NCBI GenBank assembly: GCA_963744995.1
Contig: CAVUWA010000003.1
Location: 32,001-96,000 of the forward strand
Reading direction: 5' to 3'
From: Candidatus Eiseniibacteriota bacterium
GTDB taxonomy: Bacteria > Eisenbacteria > RBG-16-71-46
DNA length: 64,000 nucleotides
The notes under the pieces were generated by a model. The model saw nothing but the letters and a program-made list of their open reading frames with translations. It searched no databases and was not told the origin of the DNA. Shown here piece by piece: positions 28,926 through 38,016 of this stretch. A program made the position numbers and the translations under genes. Numbering within the stretch: position 1 is the stretch's first letter; the number at the start of each line of letters is the position of its first letter.

Positions 28926-29549
28926 ATGGCAGACGTCACCCTGCGTTCCTACGTGTTCATCGACAGCCTGCAGGATCAGCTCGCCGCGTTCATCGGCACG
29001 ACCGCGCGCGGCTTTCTGCCGGTCGCCGGCGTCGCCTCGATGTTCATCGAGACCGCGCCCGGGCTCGTCATCAACCGCCTCATGGACGTCGCCCTCAAGG
29101 CGACTTCCGTGACGCCCGCCATCATGGTCGTCGAGCGCGCCTTCGGTCTGCTCGAGGTCCACCATGCCGACAAGGGCCAGGTGATGCTGGCCGGCCAGGC
29201 GGTGCTCAATCACCTCGACCACCGCGAGGAGGACCGCCTCAAGCCGCGCGTCGTGTCGGACCAGGTGATCCGCGCGATCGAGCCCTACCACGCGCAGCTC
29301 ATCAACAAGATGCGCTACGGCGACATGATCATCGCCGGCGAGTCGCTGTTCATTCTCGAGACCGAGCCCGCCGGCTACGTGTCGTTCGGCATCAACGAGG
29401 CGCTCAAGGCGGCGCACGTGAAGCTGATCGACGCCTCGCTGTTCGGCGCCTACGGGCGCGCCTACATCTCCGGCCCCGAGGCGCAGATCGACGCGGCGCG
29501 CGACGCCGCGCAGCGCGCGATCGGCGGGCTCAAGGGTGTGAGCGCCTAG
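28926..29549 (+). CDS. Bacterial microcompartment tandem-domain shell protein (BMC-T, CsoS1D/CcmP-like)
   Basis: [57 protein letters not shown]; closely resembles Haliangium-type BMC-T from memory. Confidence 0.9.
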   Translation: MADVTLRSYVFIDSLQDQLAAFIGTTARGFLPVAGVASMFIETAPGLVINRLMDVALKATSVTPAIMVVERAFGLLEVHHADKGQVMLAGQAVLNHLDHREEDRLKPRVVSDQVIRAIEPYHAQLINKMRYGDMIIAGESLFILETEPAGYVSFGINEALKAAHVKLIDASLFGAYGRAYISGPEAQIDAARDAAQRAIGGLKGVSA

Positions 29550-29557
29550 CACCCGCC

Positions 29558-32500
29558 CTACCGAGGACGGGCAGTGCTCCCCCGCCCGAGGATCGGCTCG
29601 ACCGCGCTGCGCAGCTGTTCGTCGGGCGGCACGCCGAGCTCGCGTTCCAGACGCGCCTCGTAGTCGCGATACCGGCGCAGCGCGGCCAGCGTCCTGCCCT
29701 CCCGCGCCAGACACGCCAGCAGGACGCCAACGCCTTCCGACCAGTAGGGGTCCGCGTCCAGGCCGCGCTCGAGCAGCCGGATCGCAGCGCGCGGGTCGTC
29801 TTCCTCGAGCGACCGTGCCAGCGTCAGCGTGCCCTCGAGGAACAGTGCGCGCATCCGCTCGCGTGCCTCCATCGCATGCTCGGCGTAAGGCGCGTCCGCG
29901 AGCAGCTCGCCGCGCCACAGCGCGAGCCCGCGCCGCAACGCCTCCATGCGGCCCGCGCCGCGCTCCGTCCCGGCCGCCCTGCCCAGGCCGTCGCCCACGG
30001 CCTCGCGGAACCGGTGGAGATCGACCTCGCTTCCGGACGGCAGGTGCAGCACGTAGTGCTCGTCTTCGAACGTGACGTACGAGCGGTGGCCCTCGCCGTG
30101 GAACGGATCGAGCGACTTGCGCAGTTCGTTGACCGCCGTCTGCAGGCTGCGCGCCGCCTTGCGCGGCGCGGCTTCGGGCCAGATCGCCGCGAGCAGCTTC
30201 TCCTCGTGGACGGGACGCGGCCAGTCGATGAGGAGCGACTCGAACACGGCGCGTGACGCCTTGCGCGTGAAGCGCACGCTGCGCTCCGACGCTTCGACCT
30301 CGAGCGGTCCCAGCATGCGCACCCGGAGCGGCGCGAGGGGCGCCGACTCGATGGCTTCGAGGTAGGCCGCGCACTGCGCCTCCGGAATCCGCTGCAGACC
30401 GCGCATCGCCTCCGTCAGGCCGCGCAGGCGCCAGCCGGTCGCCGCCTGGACCAGGCGCGCCACCTCCTCGGCGGGCCGGTCGCTCTGGCCCAGCGCGTCG
30501 CGGATCGCTTCGGCGAGCTCGGTCGCGATCCCGCCGCGCACCAGCGCTGCCGCCTGCGCCGGTTCGACGCCGGCGGCCAGCGCTTCGGTCACCGCCCACG
30601 CGGTGAGCACCGGATCGGCCATCGGATAGCTGGCCGCGCCGATCGCGGCGAGCCGTGCGAGCCCCTCGCGCAACGCTGCACGCGAGGCGCCTCGATCCAC
30701 CGCACGCAGCGCCCACGCTTCGGTCAGCCAGGCGGTCGCCTGCCACGCGGGCATGTCGTGCGCCAGCTCACGGGCGGCCGCGAGCCCGGAGCACGCCTCG
30801 TCGGTCCGCCCGCGCATGGCTTCCGCGCGGCCGCGGTGAATCAGGAATCGCACGTGCGGCTCGCACACCGGGTGGTCGGCGAAGTCGGCGGCGCTGACAC
30901 GCCCGGCGGGCTCGCCTTCGCTCACGAGTGTCCAGTGGTCGATCAGCACCCCGGTGCCGAGCGCCTCGAACCGGTTGTAGTCCTGCATGTCGCGGAAGGC
31001 CCGCTCGAGCTCGGCGAGCCCGGCGCGACGCCGTCCGAGGTGCCACCAGCACTCGCCGCGCGTGCGGGCCAGGTTCGCCTGCAGCACCAGCCGTGCGGCG
31101 CCCCCGCGCCGGGCTGCTTCGAGGCAGGCGTCGACCGTCGCCAGCGCGTCGGCATAGCGGCCGAGCTCCTTGAGGACGTAGGCCTTCCCCACCATGTTGA
31201 GCGTGAGGTAACCCGTCTCGTCGGCGCGCGCACACGCCTCGATGTTCTCCTCGTGCACTGCGAGCGCCTCGCGCGAGCGGCCCAATTCCTGAAGGATCAC
31301 CGCCACCGCGTTGCGGGCGCCGGCATGCCGCGGCCCTTCGCCGGGCGGAAGCGCGGCGAGCACCGCCTGCACGTGGGCCATGCCGGCTTCGAGCTGGAGG
31401 GCGTAAACGGCGGCATTCGCCAGGCTGAATTCGGCGAGCACGACGTCGGCCGGTGCGGCATGGGGACGCAGGCGAGCCCACTCGGCGGCACGCACCGCAT
31501 AGTCGGGCCCCTCGGCCCGATGCGTCGCGGCCCACGTCTCCAGTGCCCACATCGGTGGGGCCAGCGTGACGTCACCGGACCAGACTGGCCGGGTCCGCGC
31601 CAGCAGGTCCGCGAGACGGCGGTTGTCGCCGACGAAGCGCAGGTGGCGCGCGAGCACCACGACGTACAGGGGATGCCGTTCCGCCTCCGGTCCCAGCCGC
31701 TTCAGCCAGTCTTCGATGCGCGGTTGCAGGTCCAGGTGCTCGAGCGCGTCCCAGTCCTCGTGGAGCATGCGCAGCGCGCGCTCATCCAGACCCAGGTCGG
31801 CCAGCAGCTGGACGGCCGCCTCGTAGCGTCCCTGGCGGCGGAAGTGCTCCGCGGCCCGAGCGGCGAGACGGTCCGCCTCGCCCGCACGCGTGCGCAACTC
31901 CCCCAGACAGCGTGCACGGATCAGCGGATGCATGCGCACGCCGGAACCCTCCTCGACCGCGAGGTGCGGCACGCCGTGCGCCGCGAGAAGCTCGAGCCGC
32001 TCGCCGAACGCCGCGGGGTCCAGACCGATCGCAGCGAGCCCCTCGGCGGTGACGACGTCCAGGACGCTCGAACGCACGAGGAACTCCCGCAGCGCCTGCG
32101 GCAGCCGGCCGAGGACCTCTTCCTCGAAATAGGCTTCGCCGGCAGCTTCCGCGTTTCCGCCGGCGGACGCGGCTCCGAGCCCGAGCAGCACACACCAGCC
32201 GCGGCTGCGCTCCCATGCCGCCTCGACGTCGTGCGCGGGGGCGTTCGTCCCGTGGGCGCCGGCCGCCCTCCGGTATTCCTCCAGATCGAATGCCAGATCC
32301 GTTTCGGTGAGCACGAGCGCGCGCCCCTGCGCGACGAGCCGCTGCAGCGGAATGCCCGGCGCGCGGCGTGAGGCGATCAGCAGGCGCAGCCGTTCGCTGC
32401 CCGGATCGATCAGCCGGCGCAGGCACGCCAGCGGGGCGGGTGCGTCGCCGATCGTTTCCGCGTTGTCGAGAATCAGCCGGCAGCCCGTACGGGCCATCTC

Positions 32501-32854
32501 GTCGAAGAACAGCAGCAGGTCCTCGGCCCAGCGTTCGGGTTCGAATGCGCGGCGCTCGATGAGCCGGGCCAGCTCGGTCGAGCCGATCGCCGGAAGCACC
32601 TCCGCGATGGCCGCCGTCAGGTAGCGGCAGAAACGCCGGGGATTCGCCTCGTCCTGATCGAGATGCAACCACGCGCTGGTGCGCGGCGAGGCGGCGGCAA
32701 CCTGCCCGGCGAGCGTCGACTTGCCGTAGCCGGCAGGCGCCTGCAGAACGACGATCCGCCAGCGCGGATCGACGACCCGCTGAAGCAGACGCGGGCGCGG
32801 CACCGCCGCCGGAGAGAGAACCGGCGGCCGGAGCTTCGAGCGGAGCAGGGCCAT
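29558..32854 (-). CDS. MalT-like STAND ATPase-TPR regulator with C-terminal wHTH + BTAD
   Basis: SKLRPP, APAGYGKST, LILDN, TPR-like helices, VRMLGPLEV, LWRGELL, LERELGVPP. Confidence 0.88.
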   Translation of the reverse strand: MALLRSKLRPPVLSPAAVPRPRLLQRVVDPRWRIVVLQAPAGYGKSTLAGQVAAASPRTSAWLHLDQDEANPRRFCRYLTAAIAEVLPAIGSTELARLIERRAFEPERWAEDLLLFFDEMARTGCRLILDNAETIGDAPAPLACLRRLIDPGSERLRLLIASRRAPGIPLQRLVAQGRALVLTETDLAFDLEEYRRAAGAHGTNAPAHDVEAAWERSRGWCVLLGLGAASAGGNAEAAGEAYFEEEVLGRLPQALREFLVRSSVLDVVTAEGLAAIGLDPAAFGERLELLAAHGVPHLAVEEGSGVRMHPLIRARCLGELRTRAGEADRLAARAAEHFRRQGRYEAAVQLLADLGLDERALRMLHEDWDALEHLDLQPRIEDWLKRLGPEAERHPLYVVVLARHLRFVGDNRRLADLLARTRPVWSGDVTLAPPMWALETWAATHRAEGPDYAVRAAEWARLRPHAAPADVVLAEFSLANAAVYALQLEAGMAHVQAVLAALPPGEGPRHAGARNAVAVILQELGRSREALAVHEENIEACARADETGYLTLNMVGKAYVLKELGRYADALATVDACLEAARRGGAARLVLQANLARTRGECWWHLGRRRAGLAELERAFRDMQDYNRFEALGTGVLIDHWTLVSEGEPAGRVSAADFADHPVCEPHVRFLIHRGRAEAMRGRTDEACSGLAAARELAHDMPAWQATAWLTEAWALRAVDRGASRAALREGLARLAAIGAASYPMADPVLTAWAVTEALAAGVEPAQAAALVRGGIATELAEAIRDALGQSDRPAEEVARLVQAATGWRLRGLTEAMRGLQRIPEAQCAAYLEAIESAPLAPLRVRMLGPLEVEASERSVRFTRKASRAVFESLLIDWPRPVHEEKLLAAIWPEAAPRKAARSLQTAVNELRKSLDPFHGEGHRSYVTFEDEHYVLHLPSGSEVDLHRFREAVGDGLGRAAGTERGAGRMEALRRGLALWRGELLADAPYAEHAMEARERMRALFLEGTLTLARSLEEDDPRAAIRLLERGLDADPYWSEGVGVLLACLAREGRTLAALRRYRDYEARLERELGVPPDEQLRSAVEPILGRGSTARPR

Positions 32855-32911
32855 GGCGACAACCCTATCGGCCGGAACCGGATACGGCAACGGACCGCGG
32901 GCCGGTGCGAT

Positions 32912-32946
32912 CCCGTGAGCGCCCCGTGAGCGCGGCCCGCTAGCGT
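32912..32946 (+). promoter_or_regulatory. SARP-type direct-repeat activator site and -10 box
   Basis: CCCGTGAGCGC x2; GTGAGCG-N4-GTGAGCG-N8-TAGCGT, then 8 nt to the ATG. Confidence 0.6.
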
Positions 32947-32954
32947 TCCCATCC

Positions 32955-33143
32955 ATGAGAGAGCCTGCGGTGGTGTGGTCCAAACCCGAACGCTTTCTGG
33001 TGCTTCTCGCTCGAGGCGGCGCCGAGTGCCGCGGCAAGGTCGTCCGCCTCGCCGACTCATCCGAGCTGCGGTTCGAATCCATGGAAGAGCTGGTCGCCTG
33101 GCTGCAGGACCAGGCGCGTCCGCAACGCGGGCCCGGACGATGA
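32955..33143 (+). CDS. 62-aa hypothetical protein divergent from the STAND regulator
   Basis: RFLVLL...GKVVRL...RFESMEELVAWL, a compact beta-beta-beta-alpha pattern; promoter directly upstream. Confidence 0.7.
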   Translation: MREPAVVWSKPERFLVLLARGGAECRGKVVRLADSSELRFESMEELVAWLQDQARPQRGPGR

Positions 33144-33389
33144 GGTCTGGCCATGGCGGCGCGCCGAGCGCGTGCGATCTGCCGCGCGCGGGCGGCGGGG
33201 TGCGGCCGCGCGCGCGTGGCGCTGAGGCGTGCGGGCCGCACGTGAGCGGGGGCCGGTGGCCGGTCGGGCTCCGGCCCTTCGCGGACTCGCGTGCGGGGCG
33301 ACGGGGCGGCGCCTGATCGGCACGGAACCACGATGCCCCCCGGCGGGCGCCCGCATCCGGTCGCAGCGGCACGCGGTGTCCGCGCTCCG

Positions 33390-34295
33390 CTAGAACAGCT
33401 CCCGCTGCGTCCACATGGACCTGGGCTCCACGACCTCGAGCCCGAGCCGGCGCTTCATCTCGTTCGCCGAAGCCGGCGAGTGCCCGGCCCAGTGGTTGTT
33501 GAAGTAGCCGTAGACCTCGCGCACCTCGGGGAGCGCGCGCTTCAGGTCCGCGTCCCATGCGCCGAAGGACTCCGCCCGCTCGATCTGCACGTGGGTGTAG
33601 GTTTCGATGTCGGCCCGATTCCCGAGCCAGCGCAGGTAGAGGAAGTCCGCGGTCACAGCGGTCACGCGCGGCAGGCGGCGCCACTCGGTCCAGGCGACCG
33701 CGGCGCGACGGCGGCGCAGCAGGTCGTAGATCGCCTCGTGATGCCAGGACGCGTCGCGGAACTCGACGGCGATCAGCGCTTCGGCGGGACACGCGGCGAG
33801 GAAGCGGTCGAGCACGCCCTCGGTGCCGGCGTCGCGCTGGAACTCGGCCGGCATCTGCACCAGCAGCGGCCCGCGCTTCTCCCCCAGCGGGTCGAGCGCA
33901 CGCACGAACTCGTTCATGTGCTCGCCGATCTTCGTGAGCTTCGCCTCGTGGGTGATGCGCTGCGGCACCTTGGCGGCGAAGCGGAAGTCGTCCGGCGTGT
34001 GGCGCGCCCAGGAGCGTACGACGCTCGGGCGCGGCGGATGGTAGAAGGTCGTGTCGAGTTCCACGGTGTCGAACACCTGGCCGTAGAACGGCAGATAGTC
34101 CTCCTGCTTGCTCGCGGGCGGATAGAACGTGCCGATCCAGTCCGGGTAGGACCAGCCCTGCGTGCCGATGCGGATCCGCGCGGGCCCGGCCGGCTCCTCG
34201 GTGCGCCGTTCGGCCGCGCGGCGCTCGCCGGCGCGGCGGTCGCCCCGGCGCCGGTCCCGGCCGCGCCGCTCCTCGCGTTCGGGCGGAATGCTCAT
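33390..34295 (-). CDS. DUF72 (YecE-like) protein
   Basis: IGTQGWSYPDW, VELDTTFY, KVPQRITH, VEFRDASW, YLRWLG, YFNNH. Confidence 0.93.
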   Translation of the reverse strand: MSIPPEREERRGRDRRRGDRRAGERRAAERRTEEPAGPARIRIGTQGWSYPDWIGTFYPPASKQEDYLPFYGQVFDTVELDTTFYHPPRPSVVRSWARHTPDDFRFAAKVPQRITHEAKLTKIGEHMNEFVRALDPLGEKRGPLLVQMPAEFQRDAGTEGVLDRFLAACPAEALIAVEFRDASWHHEAIYDLLRRRRAAVAWTEWRRLPRVTAVTADFLYLRWLGNRADIETYTHVQIERAESFGAWDADLKRALPEVREVYGYFNNHWAGHSPASANEMKRRLGLEVVEPRSMWTQRELF

Positions 34296-35254
34296 CGTCG
34301 CTGCTCCTCCCTTCCCCCGCGCGGCGCCGCGCCGGCGCCCGCGCCGCCTTCAGCTGTTCCGAGCGCGGATCCCATGGCGGCATCGCGCACATCGCCGAGC
34401 AGGTGCGTTTCGAAGAACGCGCGCACCCGGCGTTCGTATTCTTCGCGGTGCGTCACCCAGCCCTCGGTGTGGCCCGCGTCCTCGACCAGCCAGATCTCGT
34501 CCCTGGAGCCCGCCGCGCGCCACAGGTCGCGGGCCTCTTCCGGCGCGAGACGATCATCGTGCCCGGCGTGGATGAAGAATACCGGACGGTCGGCCAGCGC
34601 GCGCGCGGCGGGGATCACGTCGATCGCCCCCGGGTCGAAACCGGTCACCAGCCGTCCGAGCCCGCGGGCGATCGGCACGGCCGGCCAGCGCGGCAGATGC
34701 GCCTTTCGGCGGAACGAGTCCTCGAGCGCGCGCTCGCCGCTCTCGAACGGGCAGTCCGCGACCACGCCCATGACATCCGGATGTCGGGCCGCGAGCAGCA
34801 GAGCCGTCGAGGCGCCGAGCGACTCGCCGAACACCCCGGCCGGCTGCCGTCGGCCCCACGGCTGACGCCGCATCCACCTCCACGCGGCGTCGGCATCCTC
34901 GAGCTCGTAGTGGCCGAGCGTGGTCGGCGCCCGGCGTCGCGCCCGCGAGGAGCGGAAATCGATCGTCACGAGCGTATAGCCGTCATGCCTGAGGAATGCG
35001 GCGTAGCGCCATGCGCGGTCGTGCTTCCGGCCGTAGCCGTGGAGCAGCAGGATCACGCCCGGGCCGTCTCCGTGCAGCACCCAGCCGTCGAGCGAGTCGG
35101 CCGTGCCGACCGGAATCGTCACGCGCTCGGCTTCCGCGTCGAGGTTGCGCGCGCCACCGAGATCCGCGGGCAGCGGCGGGTAGAACAGCAGCCACGCCGA
35201 GCCCAGCACCAGGAACGCCACCGCGGCGGACGCGAGACTCAGCGTGCGGCGCAT
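34292..35254 (-). CDS. Membrane-anchored alpha/beta hydrolase
   Basis: LLHGY, GESLG nucleophile, HAGHDD, AGH. Confidence 0.88.
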   Translation of the reverse strand: MRRTLSLASAAVAFLVLGSAWLLFYPPLPADLGGARNLDAEAERVTIPVGTADSLDGWVLHGDGPGVILLLHGYGRKHDRAWRYAAFLRHDGYTLVTIDFRSSRARRRAPTTLGHYELEDADAAWRWMRRQPWGRRQPAGVFGESLGASTALLLAARHPDVMGVVADCPFESGERALEDSFRRKAHLPRWPAVPIARGLGRLVTGFDPGAIDVIPAARALADRPVFFIHAGHDDRLAPEEARDLWRAAGSRDEIWLVEDAGHTEGWVTHREEYERRVRAFFETHLLGDVRDAAMGSALGTAEGGAGAGAAPRGGREEQRR

Positions 35255-35338
35255 GACGCAACGCGCCCCGGTGCACCCGACGCGCGCCCCGGGATGGAAC
35301 GGGCGCCGGCCGCCCGGCCGGCGCCCCGGTTCGAGAAG

Positions 35339-36490
35339 CTACTTGCGTTCGACCTTCAGCCCCCTGGGCCCGATGTACTCCGACTTCGGACGGATGAGGT
35401 GGTCCTCGGCGTGCTGCTCGATGACGTGCGCGCACCAGCCGGCGACGCGGCCGCACGCGAACATCGCCACGAACGACTGCGGCTCGAGGCCGATGCCCTG
35501 CAGCACGAGAGCCGTGTAGAACTCGACGTTGGTGCGGAGATTGCGGCCCGGTTTGACCTCGTCGAGCACCTTGATCGCGACCTTCTCGACCTCGAGGGCG
35601 AGATCGAACAGCTTCCGGTTTTCGAGCTTCGCCTGCGTCATCGCTTCGGCCGCGCCGCTCAGCACTTCGGCGCGCGGATCGCGCACCTTGTACACGCGAT
35701 GACCGAAGCCCATGATCCGCCGCCCCTCGGCGATCTCGTTGCGCAGCCACTTCTCGGCGTTGTCGAGCGAGCCGATGTCCACCAGCATGTCGAGTACGGG
35801 ACCCGGCGCGCCGCCGTGCAGTGGTCCCTTGAGCGCTCCAATCGCCCCGGTGACCGCGCTCACCATGTCGGAGCGCGTGCTGGCGATCACCCGGCCGGTG
35901 AACGTCGAGGCATTCATGCCGTGGTCGATCACCGTCACCCAGTAGGTGTCGAGCGCCTTCGCCGCGATCGGATCCGGTTCCCGGCCATGCACCATGTAGA
36001 GGAAGTTCGCGGCCAGCCCGAGATCCTCGCGCGGTTCGATCACCTCGAGGCCCTTCGAGAGCCGTGCGTGCGCGGCGACGATCGTCGGGAATCGCGCGGT
36101 GATCATCATGGCGCGGTCGACCTCGGTGTCGTGGTCGATGGCGTCGGGATGTTCGAGATCGAGCGACAGGGTGGCGGCGGCCATGCGCAGGGTGTCGATC
36201 GGCGATGCCTTCGCCACGACCGCGGCGCGCACGACGGCCATGGTGGTCGTCGGCAGCGCCCGATACTTCGCCATTCTGCGACGCTGGTCGGCGATCTCTT
36301 CGGCGCCCGGCAGGTGTCCACGCCAGAGCAGGTATGCAGCTTCGCCGAACGCGACCTTGCCGGCGAGCTCTTTGAGTTCGTAGCCGCCGATGATCAGCTC
36401 GCCGGCGAGGCCATCCACCTGGCTCATGCGTGTCTGTGCGGCGACGACGCCATCGAGTCCACGATGGAATGTGGTGGTGCTGTCAGCCAT
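35339..36490 (-). CDS. Citrate/methylcitrate synthase
   Basis: GLDGVV, DHGMNASTF, GPLHGGA, GFGHRVYK, NVEFY. Confidence 0.93.
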   Translation of the reverse strand: MADSTTTFHRGLDGVVAAQTRMSQVDGLAGELIIGGYELKELAGKVAFGEAAYLLWRGHLPGAEEIADQRRRMAKYRALPTTTMAVVRAAVVAKASPIDTLRMAAATLSLDLEHPDAIDHDTEVDRAMMITARFPTIVAAHARLSKGLEVIEPREDLGLAANFLYMVHGREPDPIAAKALDTYWVTVIDHGMNASTFTGRVIASTRSDMVSAVTGAIGALKGPLHGGAPGPVLDMLVDIGSLDNAEKWLRNEIAEGRRIMGFGHRVYKVRDPRAEVLSGAAEAMTQAKLENRKLFDLALEVEKVAIKVLDEVKPGRNLRTNVEFYTALVLQGIGLEPQSFVAMFACGRVAGWCAHVIEQHAEDHLIRPKSEYIGPRGLKVERK

Positions 36491-36513
36491 GTTGCTCTCC
36501 TTTCGGCCTCATG

Positions 36514-36789
36514 TCATCGCCCGCGAGCGCGAGCGTCGTGATGGCTGGAAGATCCGTGCGACCGTGGGTGGCGTGGCGCGAACGCGTACCACTCGTAGAG
36601 CGGGTGGTTGGCCAGGGTGACCATCGCCACGGCGATCATCGGCGTGCCGATCGCCGCCAGATAGAGGATCTGCGCCGGCGCGGGCAGCGGCCGCCGCACG
36701 GCCTCGCCGCCGATGATCGGCCACCACATGAGCACGGCCGCGCACGACGTCGCCATCAGGATCACGAGCGCTGAAAACAAGACTCTCAC
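36514..36789 (-). pseudogene. Fragment resembling caa3-type cytochrome c oxidase assembly factor CtaG
   Basis: AVLMWWPII...QILYL...VTLANHPLYEWY..APR matches the middle of CtaG as I recall it; the N-terminal half and DQxxGG end are missing. Confidence 0.5.
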
Positions 36790-36852
36790 GGCGCACTCCC
36801 TGTCACGCGGCCCCTGCGTCGGTGTCCAACCGCGGATCTTAACCGATGGGCG

Positions 36853-38007
36853 TCAGGCGCCAAACCGCTCGAGGAAGATTCCGGTATGCGCGCCGAGTGC
36901 GGGCGGTGCGTGGCGCACCGCGGGGCGCCTGCCTCCGGCCCGCCAGGGCGTGCCGACGAGATCCGCCCCGCCGCCGGATGCCTGCCTGAGAATCATCCCG
37001 CGCGCTTCCAGCACCGGATCGCGCAGGGCCTCGTGCACCTCGCGCACCGGGCCCGCCGGCACCCGCGCGCCGGCGAGCGCCTCGAGCCAGCGGTCGCGCG
37101 GTGCGGCGCGGAAGCGTTCGGCGAGGACGCCGACGACCTCCCCACGGTGCAGCACGCGACCCTCGTTTCCGGCATAGCGTGGATCTTCGGCCAGTGCGTC
37201 CAGCCCGACCGCGACGCACAACCTTTGCCACTGGGCGTCGTTGCCGACCGCCACCACCAGTGCGCCGTCCGCCGCCTCGAACGTCTGGTACGGGACGATC
37301 TGCGGGTGCGCGTTGCCGTGACGTCGTGCCGGCCGGCCGCTCGCGAGCGCCGCCTGCGAGACGTTGACGAGCGAGGCCACGCCGACCTCGAAGAGCGCCA
37401 CGTCCAGATGCACGCCGCCGCGCCCGCGCAACCGCCCGGCGAGCGCGCCGAGAATCGCCGCCGCCGCGTGCGCGCCGGTGAGCACGTCCACCACCGCGAC
37501 GCCCACCTTGCAGGGCGGGCCGTCCTCCGGACCGGTGATGCTCATGAGCCCCGTGAATCCCTGCAGCACCGCGTCGTACCCCGGCAGGTGCGCGTAGGGA
37601 CCGTCCTGGCCGAAGCCGGTGATCGAGCACACGACGAGATCCGGGTGGAGCCCGATCAACCGTGCCGGGTCGAGCCCGAAGCGCTCGAGATCGCCGGGCA
37701 GGAAGTTCTCGACCACGACGTCCGCCTCGCGCGCCGCGGCGAGGATCGCGTCGCGGTGCGCAGGATCCGAGAAGTCGAGGGCGGCGCTGCGCTTGTTGCG
37801 GTTCACCGACAGGAAGTACGCCGACTGCCCGCCCACGAACGGCGGTCCCCACGCGCGCGTCTCGTCGCCCGTCCCCGGGCGCTCGATCTTCCACACGTCG
37901 GCACCCATGTCACCGAGCATCTGCGTCGCATACGGGCCCGCAAGTACGCGCGACAGATCGAGCACGGTGAGGCCTTCGAGCGGGGCCTCCGCCGCGGGCA
38001 TGCTCAT
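36853..38007 (-). CDS. Family III CoA-transferase (CaiB/BaiF)
   Basis: DLSRVLAGP, NRNKRS, VENF, GFGQDGP, GYD, PPALGAHT. Confidence 0.94.
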   Translation of the reverse strand: MSMPAAEAPLEGLTVLDLSRVLAGPYATQMLGDMGADVWKIERPGTGDETRAWGPPFVGGQSAYFLSVNRNKRSAALDFSDPAHRDAILAAAREADVVVENFLPGDLERFGLDPARLIGLHPDLVVCSITGFGQDGPYAHLPGYDAVLQGFTGLMSITGPEDGPPCKVGVAVVDVLTGAHAAAAILGALAGRLRGRGGVHLDVALFEVGVASLVNVSQAALASGRPARRHGNAHPQIVPYQTFEAADGALVVAVGNDAQWQRLCVAVGLDALAEDPRYAGNEGRVLHRGEVVGVLAERFRAAPRDRWLEALAGARVPAGPVREVHEALRDPVLEARGMILRQASGGGADLVGTPWRAGGRRPAVRHAPPALGAHTGIFLERFGA

Positions 38008-38016
38008 GTGTCGCGG

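Noticed and set aside
28002..30746. 914-aa ORF and other long Arg/Ala/Gly-rich ORFs (e.g. 36886-39747, 45395-47911, 50695-53613)
   Set aside because: Shadow frames of real genes in high-GC DNA; no protein motifs.
33140..33316. 58-codon ORF overlapping the small gene's stop
   Set aside because: Low-complexity translation with no coding signature.
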